Positions 26,349 to 34,400 are shown, counted from the first letter of the stretch. The stretch: 37,983 bases of DNA from a bacterium (GCA_025057335.1 JANWXG010000001.1:1-37983), one strand, 5' to 3'. The notes: generated by a model not told the origin, from the letters alone. Translations and numbers: made by a program.

Positions 26349-26380
26349 GCGCGGGGGGACGCCCCCCGCGCTTCTCATCT
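26349..26380 (+). terminator. GC-rich hairpin downstream of pilQ (possible leaky terminator or attenuator)
   Basis: GCGCGGGGGG (26349-26358), 3-nt loop, CCCCCCGCGC (26362-26371), then TTCTCATCT. The aroK ATG lies only 5 nt further on, so read-through is likely. Confidence 0.45.
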
Positions 26381-26384
26381 ACCT

Positions 26385-26945
26385 ATGCGATGGGATGTGC
26401 CAGTAAATGTTGCGCTCATCGGTTTCATGGGCACAGGCAAGACGCTGCTTGGGCAGATGCTAGCGCAGCGATGGGGATGGCGATTCGTCGACACCGACTC
26501 GCTAGTAGAGCAACGGCTAGGATGTAGTGTTGCGCAGGTTTTCGAACGCTTTGGAGAGGAGTTCTTCCGGCAGCAAGAGACTGAGGTTCTGCGCAGTCTG
26601 GAGGTGGAGCGTCAGCTCGTTATCGCTACAGGCGGCGGTGTGCCCACACGCCCCGAGAATGTGCGTTCCCTGCGCCGACACGCCGTGCTGGTATTGCTCA
26701 CGGCAGCCCCAGAGGTGATTGTGCAACGTATACAGCCTGTGCACAGCCGCCCCAAGCTGGCTTCCGCTCCCGACGTGTTGGCGGAGGTGCATCGCCTGTT
26801 GCGCGAGCGCGAGCCCGCCTACGCTTGCGCCGACCTGCGTCTGGACACTTCTGCTCTTCACCCTGAAGAAGCCGTGCAACGCCTCGAGGAGCTGATTACC
26901 ACATGGAGACCCACTCCACGCTGTTCAGGCTCGACGTCCCTCTAG
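26385..26945 (+). CDS. aroK: Shikimate kinase
   Basis: VALIGFMGTGKTLLGQMLA (P-loop), FVDTD, and GGGVPTRPEN (the LID-preceding motif). Confidence 0.9.
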   Translation: MRWDVPVNVALIGFMGTGKTLLGQMLAQRWGWRFVDTDSLVEQRLGCSVAQVFERFGEEFFRQQETEVLRSLEVERQLVIATGGGVPTRPENVRSLRRHAVLVLLTAAPEVIVQRIQPVHSRPKLASAPDVLAEVHRLLREREPAYACADLRLDTSALHPEEAVQRLEELITTWRPTPRCSGSTSL

Positions 26946-28033
26946 GAGACCGCAGCTACCCCATTCTGGTCGGTAGGGGGGTACTGCAGCACGTTGGCGA
27001 ACACCTGCGTGCGTTGCAACCGTCGCAGTTGGCAATCCTCACCCACCCACAGCTAGCGCAGTGGTATGGTGAACCTATCGTCGCTTCCTTGCAGCAAGCC
27101 GGCATTCCCACCCACCTACTCCCCGTTCCGCCCGGTGAGCGAACGAAACGCTGGGAGGTGGTCGGACGGCTACTGCGCCAGATGGCACAGCGGGCGCTGG
27201 ACCGGCGATGCGTCGTGGTGGCGCTCGGGGGCGGCGTCATTGGCGACCTAGCGGGGTTCGTGGCGGCGTGTTACCTACGCGGTGTACGATATGTGCAGAT
27301 ACCTACGACCCTGCTGGCGCAGGTAGACTCCAGCGTGGGTGGCAAGACGGGTGTGAATCTACCGGAGGGCAAGAATCTGGTAGGAGCATTTCATCAGCCC
27401 GTGCTAGTGCTCATCGATACAGATACCCTTGCGACGTTGCCGCGTCGTCACTTTCGGGCAGGCTTGGCAGAAGTGCTGAAATACGGGCTGATCGCAGACG
27501 AAGCGCTATGGCACCTCGTGCGGGCAGAAGCCTCCTCCCTGCGGCAGGGACAGAGCGAGCGTCTAGAGGAAATAGTCTACCGCTGTTGTGCCATCAAGGC
27601 ACGGATTGTCTCCGAAGACGAGACCGAGCAAGGCGTGCGCGCCATCTTGAACTTCGGGCATACGGTCGGTCACGCGCTGGAAGCAGTGGAGGGCTATGGT
27701 CGCCTGCTGCACGGCGAGGCAGTGGCGATTGGTATGGTGTCGGCAGCGCTGGTGGGCGAGGTTGTTGGCGTGACGCCCGCTGGTACGGCGGAGGAGATAG
27801 CACGCTCACTGCAGGCGCTTGGCTTGCCCGTTACGTTGCCGCAGGGAGTGGATTTCGCACGTCTGCTCCAAGTGATGGCGCGAGACAAGAAGGCGCGAGA
27901 TGGTCAGGTGCGTTTCGTGCTGTTGGAGCGCGTGGGGCAGGCACGCTTGCCTGTCGCGGTGAATGAAGAAGCAGTGATTCGCGCCTTGAGCCTGCATCAG
28001 CAAAAGTTCGTGCAGAGAACCACAGGGGGATGA
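26903..28033 (+). CDS. aroB: 3-dehydroquinate synthase
   Basis: YPILVGRG..., GGGVIGDLAGFVAA, IPTTLLAQVDSSVGGKTGVN, GAFHQP and NFGHTVGHALE. Overlaps aroK by 43 nt. Confidence 0.95.
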   Translation: METHSTLFRLDVPLGDRSYPILVGRGVLQHVGEHLRALQPSQLAILTHPQLAQWYGEPIVASLQQAGIPTHLLPVPPGERTKRWEVVGRLLRQMAQRALDRRCVVVALGGGVIGDLAGFVAACYLRGVRYVQIPTTLLAQVDSSVGGKTGVNLPEGKNLVGAFHQPVLVLIDTDTLATLPRRHFRAGLAEVLKYGLIADEALWHLVRAEASSLRQGQSERLEEIVYRCCAIKARIVSEDETEQGVRAILNFGHTVGHALEAVEGYGRLLHGEAVAIGMVSAALVGEVVGVTPAGTAEEIARSLQALGLPVTLPQGVDFARLLQVMARDKKARDGQVRFVLLERVGQARLPVAVNEEAVIRALSLHQQKFVQRTTGG

Positions 28034-28227
28034 AAAACCGCGCCACCAAATGGATAGACCGCGGGGGAGCCGTGTGGATTGCAGTGGTCACGCTGGTGTT
28101 CCTAGGGCTACCCCTGGGATTGCCTGCGGCAAGCGTTACAGCGCTGGAGAAGGTGTACGCTGCGGTGTTGATAGTGGGAGTAGTTTGGATGGCTCGGCGC
28201 GCCATGGAAGGGGGCAAAAGGGCGTGA
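28030..28227 (+). CDS. Small hypothetical membrane protein (65 aa, two predicted TM helices)
   Basis: The ATG overlaps the aroB stop (ATGA) and the TGA overlaps the kinase start (GTGATG). Hydrophobic segments are AVWIAVVTLVFLGLPLGLPAA and VYAAVLIVGVVWMA. No recognisable family. Confidence 0.45.
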   Translation: MKNRATKWIDRGGAVWIAVVTLVFLGLPLGLPAASVTALEKVYAAVLIVGVVWMARRAMEGGKRA

Positions 28228-29906
28228 TGAGTCGGGTGCTGGCTGGGCGATATGAGCCTCTGGAGAAGCTGGGTGAAGGGAGTTTGTTTGCAGCCTATCG
28301 CGCCAGAGACCTCGAGACCAATGCGCTTGTGACCGTCAAGCTATTGCTGCCAGCGTTCGCGGATGACACCGCGTTGGTTAAGGCGCTTCGAGAGTGTTTT
28401 CACGCTGCCTCTGCGTTGAACCACCCTCGAATCGCCCGCATCCTGCAGGTCACGGAACATGAAGGGCAACTGGTGCTGGTCACTGAGTTCGTGCGTGGTA
28501 TCAACTTAAAGGAACGTATCCGCCGCGTTGCGCCGTTTACGCTGTCCGTAGGCATCGACATCGCACTGGCAGTCGCGGAGGGTTTAGAGAGCGCGCACCG
28601 GGCAGGGATTATTCATGGCGACCTGCGCCCGCACAACATTATTGTGTCGCAAGAGGGGCTGGTCAAGGTCACCGACTTCGGGTTGCTTCCTGCGTTCCAA
28701 GCATCGCCTCTGGCGCAGACCGTCTGGCTCACTCGTGCAGCGCCGTATCTCCCACCAGAGGTCTCGGAGGGCTGGCAGATAACTCCTGCTGCCGACGTCT
28801 ACGCACTGGGGGTCATCCTGTTCGAGATGATTACAGGCGGTGTGCCCTTCCCTGCCGACACGCCCGTCGCCATCGCGTTGCGTCATGCGAAAGACCCACC
28901 GCCCAGCCCGCGTGCGGTCAACCCGGGCGTCCCCCGGGCTGTAGAGGGCATCGTGCTGAAGGCGATGCAGAAGCTGCCCGAGCAACGCTACCCCGACATC
29001 AGCTCCATGCTGCAGGACCTGCGGGCAGTACATGACGCCCTGCGCTTCGGCAAGCCGCTGTCGTGGTCGCCACTGGAACTCCCAGCAGAGCGCGCCGCCT
29101 CCGTCTCGCGCCCGCGTGAGACGCGCCCCGCCGAGAGTGAAGATGTAGAGATGCGGTTCATCCGCTCTTCGCTGCGTGTGCTAGCAGCGCTCGCTGCGCT
29201 GGTGGTGGTAGCGGTAGTCGTGTTAGTCGTTTGGGTGACTCGCCCCGTGAAGGTGGTGGCGGTACCCGACCTGCAGGGCAAGCCGCTGGTGGAGGCACGT
29301 CGCCTTGCACGAGAAGCTGACCTGAATCTGGTCATTCGGCAGGAGGAGTACAATGAGCAGTTTCCTGCAGGCACGGTGTATCTTGTGCAGCCGGAGGCAG
29401 GCACGCAGGTCAAAGCGGGCAGTGCGGTGCAAGTGTGGGTGAGCAAGGGCTCACGCATGGTGGAGGTGCCCGACGTACAGGGATTGAGCGAGGTGGAGGC
29501 GCGTCGGAGGCTCGTGGAGGCAGGTTTGCAGGTCGGCAAAGTGGAAGAGAAACCGCACCTGACCGTGCCAGCGGGCACCGTGCTGTCGCAGTCGCCGCCG
29601 CCGAAGCGTCGGGTGAATCGCGAAGCGCCCGTCGACCTGGTTATCAGTTCAGGCACGCCACTGCCTGCTGTGCCGGAAGTGGCGGCGGAGCGCGGTTTTG
29701 AGGTCGTGGTTCCCGTGCGAGGCAATCCGGGCGAGATGGTGCAGGTGCGACTGGAGGTGCAGGACGCGCTGGGAGTATACACCATTCTAGATGAGCCGCA
29801 CGCTGCGGGAGAGCAGCTCATCGTGCCTGTGCGCGTTCGAGGACGCCCCGTCGTGTTCCGCCTCTACTTCAACAACCAGCTGGTGCACGAGGAGGTGCGC
29901 TCGTAG
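28227..29906 (+). CDS. pknB: Transmembrane Ser/Thr protein kinase with extracellular PASTA domains (PknB/PrkC-like)
   Basis: Kinase subdomains LGEGSLFAAY, VTVKLL, IIHGDLRPHNIIV, VTDFGL and DVYALGVILFEMITG. TM helix LAALAALVVVAVVVLVVWV. Two PASTA repeats (VAVPDLQGKPLVEARRLA..., VEVPDVQGLSEVEARRRLV...). The track N-terminus from 28050 looks out-of-frame-like. Confidence 0.9.
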   Translation: MSRVLAGRYEPLEKLGEGSLFAAYRARDLETNALVTVKLLLPAFADDTALVKALRECFHAASALNHPRIARILQVTEHEGQLVLVTEFVRGINLKERIRRVAPFTLSVGIDIALAVAEGLESAHRAGIIHGDLRPHNIIVSQEGLVKVTDFGLLPAFQASPLAQTVWLTRAAPYLPPEVSEGWQITPAADVYALGVILFEMITGGVPFPADTPVAIALRHAKDPPPSPRAVNPGVPRAVEGIVLKAMQKLPEQRYPDISSMLQDLRAVHDALRFGKPLSWSPLELPAERAASVSRPRETRPAESEDVEMRFIRSSLRVLAALAALVVVAVVVLVVWVTRPVKVVAVPDLQGKPLVEARRLAREADLNLVIRQEEYNEQFPAGTVYLVQPEAGTQVKAGSAVQVWVSKGSRMVEVPDVQGLSEVEARRRLVEAGLQVGKVEEKPHLTVPAGTVLSQSPPPKRRVNREAPVDLVISSGTPLPAVPEVAAERGFEVVVPVRGNPGEMVQVRLEVQDALGVYTILDEPHAAGEQLIVPVRVRGRPVVFRLYFNNQLVHEEVRS

Positions 29907-29910
29907 CGGG

Positions 29911-30591
29911 ATGGTGCGCGTGCTCATCGCCCCTTCTCTCCTGTCGGCGGACTTCGCCAATCTGGGTCAGGCGGCGCGCGCGGCGCGTGAGGCGGGCGCG
30001 GAACTGCTGCACTTTGACGTCATGGATGGCGTGTTTGTGCCGAACATCACTTTTGGTCCGCAGACTGTGCAGGCGTTGCGCCACCACTCGGAAGCTCTTT
30101 TCGACGTGCATCTGATGATTGTGCAGCCGGAGCGCTACATTGAGCAGTTTGCGCGGGCGGGAGCCGACATCATCACGGTGCAAGCGGAGGCGTGCGTGCA
30201 CCTACAGCGGACGCTGGCTCAGATTCGGGAGTTTGGCGCGCGCGCGGGTGTGGCGCTCAACCCAGCGACCCCGTTGAGCGCGATAGAATACGTGATACCC
30301 GATATCGACCTGCTACTGGTGATGACGGTGAACCCGGGCTTCGGCGGACAGCAGTTTATCCCCGAGATGCTGCGCAAAATCGCCCGGGCGCGCGCCATGC
30401 TAGACGAAGCGGGCAGCGACGCCTGGCTGGAGGTTGACGGCGGCATCAATGGGCAGACAACGCCACTGGTGGTGCGTGCAGGAGCGCGTGTGTTGGTAGC
30501 AGGCACGTCGGTGTTCGGACATCCCGAAGGGGTGCGCGCGGGCGTCGAGGAGTTGCGCCAGGCGGCATGGGAGGCGGGGGAAAGGGTGTGA
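29911..30591 (+). CDS. rpe: Ribulose-phosphate 3-epimerase
   Basis: IAPSLLSADFANLG, HFDVMDGVFVPNITFG, DVHLM, MTVNPGFGGQQFI and VDGGIN. Confidence 0.95.
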   Translation: MVRVLIAPSLLSADFANLGQAARAAREAGAELLHFDVMDGVFVPNITFGPQTVQALRHHSEALFDVHLMIVQPERYIEQFARAGADIITVQAEACVHLQRTLAQIREFGARAGVALNPATPLSAIEYVIPDIDLLLVMTVNPGFGGQQFIPEMLRKIARARAMLDEAGSDAWLEVDGGINGQTTPLVVRAGARVLVAGTSVFGHPEGVRAGVEELRQAAWEAGERV

Positions 30592-30597
30592 CAGGAT

Positions 30598-30993
30598 GTG
30601 TGGCTAACCTTGTTGGTTATTGCTCTCTCAACGCTCTTCCTCTGGCGAGAGTGGCGCGCTGTGCGCCGAGAAGTCAGCTCGCGCAGGCAGTTTACCATTC
30701 GGATCGTCGGTTGCCTGCTACTTGTGTTGCTGGCGTTGGTGTTGCAGTTTCGCGACCTGTTGCTGACACCCGCTCGAACAGCAGAGGGTGGGGAACGTTT
30801 GCTGCGGCTACTACAGTTCACTGCGGGGGTGCTGATATTAGCGCTCGCCTTGGTGCTGGTTGCGTTGCTAGATGCTCGCGAGACGCTGCAACGCTACTTG
30901 CGCGAGCGCCGAAGGGCTATCGACGAGATGCTGTGGCAACAGGGCTCGCCCCCCTCTTCCTCCGACGGTCAACGCGATGAAGGCACCGTATGA
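30598..30993 (+). CDS. Hypothetical integral membrane protein (three predicted TM helices)
   Basis: 131 aa from a GTG start. Hydrophobic segments are LTLLVIALSTLFLW, IVGCLLLVLLALVLQF and FTAGVLILALALVLVALL. The 3' end overlaps the ribD start by 17 nt. Confidence 0.5.
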   Translation: MWLTLLVIALSTLFLWREWRAVRREVSSRRQFTIRIVGCLLLVLLALVLQFRDLLLTPARTAEGGERLLRLLQFTAGVLILALALVLVALLDARETLQRYLRERRRAIDEMLWQQGSPPSSSDGQRDEGTV

Positions 30994-32107
30994 AGAGATA
31001 TTCATGCGTCGCGCGCTGGCGCTAGCAAAACGGGGTTTCACTGCGCCCAACCCGATGGTAGGAGCCGTGCTGGTGAAGGACGGGCGCATTGTGGGCGAGG
31101 GATACCATCGTCGCGCGGGAATGCCTCATGCAGAGGTAGAGGCGCTCCGTCGGGCGGGCGAGCAGGCGCGTGGTGCCACTCTGTACGTAACCCTCGAGCC
31201 GTGTAGTCACTGGGGACGCACACCTCCCTGCGCCGACGCGATTATCGAGGCGGGCGTGCGATGCGTCTATGCGGCGATGCAAGACCCTAACCCTCTAGTG
31301 GCAGGTCGAGGTTTCGCCCGTCTGCGCGAAGCGGGAATAGAGGTGCAAGTCGGCACGCTGGAAGCGCAAGCGCGTCAGCTCAACGAAATCTTTGTGAAGT
31401 ACCACACCACGGGGATGCCTTTCGTAACGGCAAAAGCGGCGATGTCGCTGGACGGCAAGATCGCCACACACACAGGCGACAGCAAGTGGATTACCGACGA
31501 GCCTGCCCGCCGTGTAGTGCATCGTTTGCGTGCGCGACACGACGCGGTGATGGTAGGCGTTGGCACCGTGTTACGGGATGACCCGTTGCTCACGGTGCGT
31601 CTGCCACGCCTCAAGCACCCTTTACGACGGCTGCGAGTAGTGGTAGATAGCCGCCTGCGCTGTCTGGAAGAGGCGCAGGTGTTGCGAGTGGAGGAGGCTC
31701 CTACTCTGATTGCCACTACTGAAGCTGCCCCGCTCGACAAGGCAGCACGTCTGCGCGAGCGGGGGGTAGAGGTAGTGGTGCTTCCTGCAGGGGAAGGAGG
31801 GGTTGACCTGTGCGCGTTGATGCGAACGTTAGCCGAGCGCGGGGTCACAGGCGTGCTGTGCGAAGGCGGGGGCACGCTCCTCGCTAGTCTGTTCGCACAG
31901 AGACTGGTAGATAAAGTGGTCTTCTTCTACGCGCCGCGCATTCTCGGCGGACGTGAGGCTCCGACTGCCGTTGAAGGCGCAGGGTTCTCCTGCGTGGAAG
32001 AAAGCCTGCGATTAGATAGGGTATACTGGAGAAGAATAGGGCGCGACCTAATGGTGCAAGCGTACCCCGTATGGGAGCCAGACGGGACATGTTCACCGGC
32101 ATTGTGA
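30977..32107 (+). CDS. ribD: Bifunctional riboflavin biosynthesis protein RibD (pyrimidine deaminase / uracil reductase)
   Basis: FMRRALALAKRG...PNPMVGAVLV, zinc motifs HAEVEAL and PCSHWGRTPPC, and a C-terminal reductase domain (KAAMSLDGKIA..., CEGGGTLLASL). Confidence 0.9.
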   Translation: MKAPYEEIFMRRALALAKRGFTAPNPMVGAVLVKDGRIVGEGYHRRAGMPHAEVEALRRAGEQARGATLYVTLEPCSHWGRTPPCADAIIEAGVRCVYAAMQDPNPLVAGRGFARLREAGIEVQVGTLEAQARQLNEIFVKYHTTGMPFVTAKAAMSLDGKIATHTGDSKWITDEPARRVVHRLRARHDAVMVGVGTVLRDDPLLTVRLPRLKHPLRRLRVVVDSRLRCLEEAQVLRVEEAPTLIATTEAAPLDKAARLRERGVEVVVLPAGEGGVDLCALMRTLAERGVTGVLCEGGGTLLASLFAQRLVDKVVFFYAPRILGGREAPTAVEGAGFSCVEESLRLDRVYWRRIGRDLMVQAYPVWEPDGTCSPAL

Positions 32108-32733
32108 AAGAGCTGGGCGAGGTCGTAGAGGTGGAAACCTCTGCACACGGGGCGCGGCTGTCTATCCGTGCGCCGCACATCGCCTCGCGCGTGCAGGTAG
32201 GCGATAGCGTCGCAGTGAACGGGGTATGCCTCACGGTCGTACACCAGCAAGGCAGCGTGCTCTACTTTGATGCCGTGCTAGAGACGTTGCGACGCAGCAA
32301 CCTCGGGGCGTTAGGAAGGGGTGAGCACGTCAACCTAGAAGACGCTCTACGCGCCGGTGAGGCGCTGGGTGGGCACTTCGTGCAGGGACACGTGGACACG
32401 ACGGGCACCGTGCGACAGCTGCTGCCTCAGGGTAACGCGGTGGTGATGACCGTGCAGGTAGGCGAGGAGTGGATGCGCTACGTAGTGCCCAAGGGGTCGG
32501 TAGCGGTAGATGGGGTCAGCCTAACGGTAGTAGACGCAGGCAGGGAGGAGTTCAGCGTGTGGCTGATTCCCCACACGCGGGCAGTGACCACACTGGGCAG
32601 ACGCCAAGTCGGCGACCGAGTGAATGTCGAGTTCGACGTGCTGGCGAAGTATGTCGAGAAGCTGTTGCAGGCGCGTCCGGGCAGAGGCGGGGTGGATATG
32701 GAGCTGTTGCGCCGTACGGGGTTTTTGGATTGA
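32089..32733 (+). CDS. ribE: Riboflavin synthase (alpha chain)
   Basis: MFTGIVKELGEV..., GDSVAVNGVCLTV, and the duplicated half GSVAVDGVSLTVV. Overlaps ribD by 19 nt. Confidence 0.9.
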   Translation: MFTGIVKELGEVVEVETSAHGARLSIRAPHIASRVQVGDSVAVNGVCLTVVHQQGSVLYFDAVLETLRRSNLGALGRGEHVNLEDALRAGEALGGHFVQGHVDTTGTVRQLLPQGNAVVMTVQVGEEWMRYVVPKGSVAVDGVSLTVVDAGREEFSVWLIPHTRAVTTLGRRQVGDRVNVEFDVLAKYVEKLLQARPGRGGVDMELLRRTGFLD

Positions 32734-32851
32734 GGAAGGCGAGCGATGTCACCCGGAAAGGCACCCGCGCCGTGTGACAGACCCCCCGATGGGGATCGAA
32801 CCCGTTCAGTCACCCCGTTTGTATCGCCCCGAAAACAGGAGTTCACGAAGG

Positions 32852-33694
32852 ATGAAACTGCTTCCCTTCTCCAAAATGCAAGGCGTGGGGAATGACTTCG
32901 TTGTAGTGGCGGAGGAGATGGTCTCTTCGCTTTCTCTGCCGGCACTGGCGCGCTTGCTCTGCCAACGGCGTTTTTCCGTAGGCGCGGACGGATTGCTCGT
33001 GGTAGGACGAGGAGAGCGCGCTCCTGTACGGATGCGCATGTTCAACCCCGACGGCAGCGAAGACATGTGTGGCAATGGCTTGCGGTGCGTGGCGCAGTGG
33101 GCAAGGCGTCGTGGGCTGGTGGATGGCTCGTGTTTCATCGTGGAGACGGTCGACGGCGACAAGCAGGTGGAACTCCTGCCTGATGGACGGGTGCGGGTGG
33201 AGCTAGGGGAGCCACGCTTTGCGCCGGAGGAGGTGCCTGTTCTCGCGGAGGAGACCGATGTCCTGAACTTGCCCGTGAGCCTGCCCCATCGGCAAGTGCG
33301 AGTGGCGGCGCTCTCTACTGGCTCTACGCATAGCGTGTTGTTTGTGGACACACTACCCTCTGATGACCTTTTCTGGCAAGAGAGCCCGATGATAGAGAAT
33401 CACCCGCTCTTTCCGCAGCGCACGAGTGTGCTCTGGACGGTCGTGGAGAGTCCCTCTCGGTTGCGTATGCGCATCTGGGAGCGTGGCGCGGGTGAGACGC
33501 TCGCCTGCGGCACGGGAGCCTGCGCAGCGGCGGTGGCAGCGCAGTTGCGCGGACTAACTGGCAAGACAGTGGAAGTACATTCGGCAGGCGGAGTACTGCA
33601 GGTGGAGTGGCATCCCGGAGAGCCGATGCGCCTGACGGGAGGAGCCGATTTGGTGTACGAGGGTTGGTATCCTCTGGAAGAGGTGAAAGCATGA
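32852..33694 (+). CDS. dapF: Diaminopimelate epimerase
   Basis: FSKMQGVGNDFVVV, MFNPDGSEDMCGNGLRCV and ACGTGACAAAV supply both catalytic Cys contexts. Confidence 0.9.
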   Translation: MKLLPFSKMQGVGNDFVVVAEEMVSSLSLPALARLLCQRRFSVGADGLLVVGRGERAPVRMRMFNPDGSEDMCGNGLRCVAQWARRRGLVDGSCFIVETVDGDKQVELLPDGRVRVELGEPRFAPEEVPVLAEETDVLNLPVSLPHRQVRVAALSTGSTHSVLFVDTLPSDDLFWQESPMIENHPLFPQRTSVLWTVVESPSRLRMRIWERGAGETLACGTGACAAAVAAQLRGLTGKTVEVHSAGGVLQVEWHPGEPMRLTGGADLVYEGWYPLEEVKA

Positions 33695-34362
33695 GCAGCT
33701 GGCGTCAGAAAGGCAGCCCCGAACCGATTGCTGCACTCAACCGTGTGCCGCTACGCGAATGTGGCGAGCCGCTGGTGGACATCCGCAAAGCCTGTCCCAG
33801 GATACGGGTGGCACGCAAGTGTATCCCCTTTCTGCGGGCGACGGTAGCGGAGATGCTCAATCGTGCGCAGGAGCTGCTCCCTCCGGGCTATCAGCTGCGT
33901 GTGACGACCGCCTACCGCACGCTGGAGATGCAAAGGGAACACTACGAGCGCTACTTCAACCAGCTGCGCGAGCAACATCCTGAATGGAGATATGCTACCC
34001 TGCGCCGCATGACCAACCGCTTCTTCGCGCCCGTTGACCAGAAGGCGCCTCCCGGCCACTGCACGGGGGGCGCCGTGGACGTGCAGCTGCTCGGACCGAA
34101 CGGCAAGCCGCTGGACGTCACCTCGCCCTACACAGGCTGGCAGGCAGCGCCCACCTGGATCGACGGCTTGACCCCAGAAGCGCATCGTCACCGCATGATG
34201 ATGGTGGAGGCGATGCTCGAGGCGGGGTTTAGCAACTGTCGCGACGAGTACTGGCACTACTCCTACGGCGACGCGGCGTGGGCAGTGCGTGTCGGTGCTC
34301 CATACTGCATCTACGGGCTCATTGAGCTGCCTCCCGAATGGCAGAAGCGTGTGCGCAAGTAG
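33691..34362 (+). CDS. Peptidase M15 family D-alanyl-D-alanine dipeptidase (VanX/DdpX-like)
   Basis: Zinc and catalytic contexts RVTTAYRTLEMQ, PGHCTGGAVDV and RDEYWHYSYGD. The ATG overlaps the dapF stop (ATGA). Confidence 0.8.
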   Translation: MSSWRQKGSPEPIAALNRVPLRECGEPLVDIRKACPRIRVARKCIPFLRATVAEMLNRAQELLPPGYQLRVTTAYRTLEMQREHYERYFNQLREQHPEWRYATLRRMTNRFFAPVDQKAPPGHCTGGAVDVQLLGPNGKPLDVTSPYTGWQAAPTWIDGLTPEAHRHRMMMVEAMLEAGFSNCRDEYWHYSYGDAAWAVRVGAPYCIYGLIELPPEWQKRVRK

Positions 34363-34365
34363 CTC

Positions 34366-34400
34366 AAAACAAAACCGCCCCGGACGCCTGTCCGGGGCGG
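34366..34400 (-). terminator. Rho-independent terminator for the minus-strand small gene (hairpin shared with the convergent M15 gene)
   Basis: CCGCCCCGG (34375-34383), 8-nt loop, CCGGGGCGG (34392-34400). On the minus strand it is followed by TTTTGTTTTG. It starts 17 nt after the TAG at 34418-34420. Confidence 0.7.

Noticed and set aside
27208-27966. 252-aa plus-strand ORF within aroB in another frame
   Set aside because: It is an Arg/Gly-rich out-of-frame reading. The aroB frame has all the dehydroquinate synthase motifs.
28988-29821. 277-aa minus-strand ORF opposite the kinase PASTA region
   Set aside because: Its Ser/Thr/Arg/Cys-rich composition looks like an antisense shadow, and the plus frame has recognisable PASTA repeats.
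30591-30977. Expected FMN riboswitch (RFN element) upstream of ribD
   Set aside because: The space is occupied by a membrane-protein ORF that overlaps ribD, and I could not recognise the conserved RFN core. The rib cluster here is only ribD-ribE; ribBA and ribH are not adjacent.
32782-32810. tRNA T-arm-like sequence on the minus strand (ATGGG-GATCGAA-CCCGT, i.e. ACGGG TTCGATC CCCAT)
   Set aside because: No complementary acceptor-stem partner, anticodon arm or D-arm could be built in the flanking 32740-32860. It is at most a tRNA remnant or a chance match.
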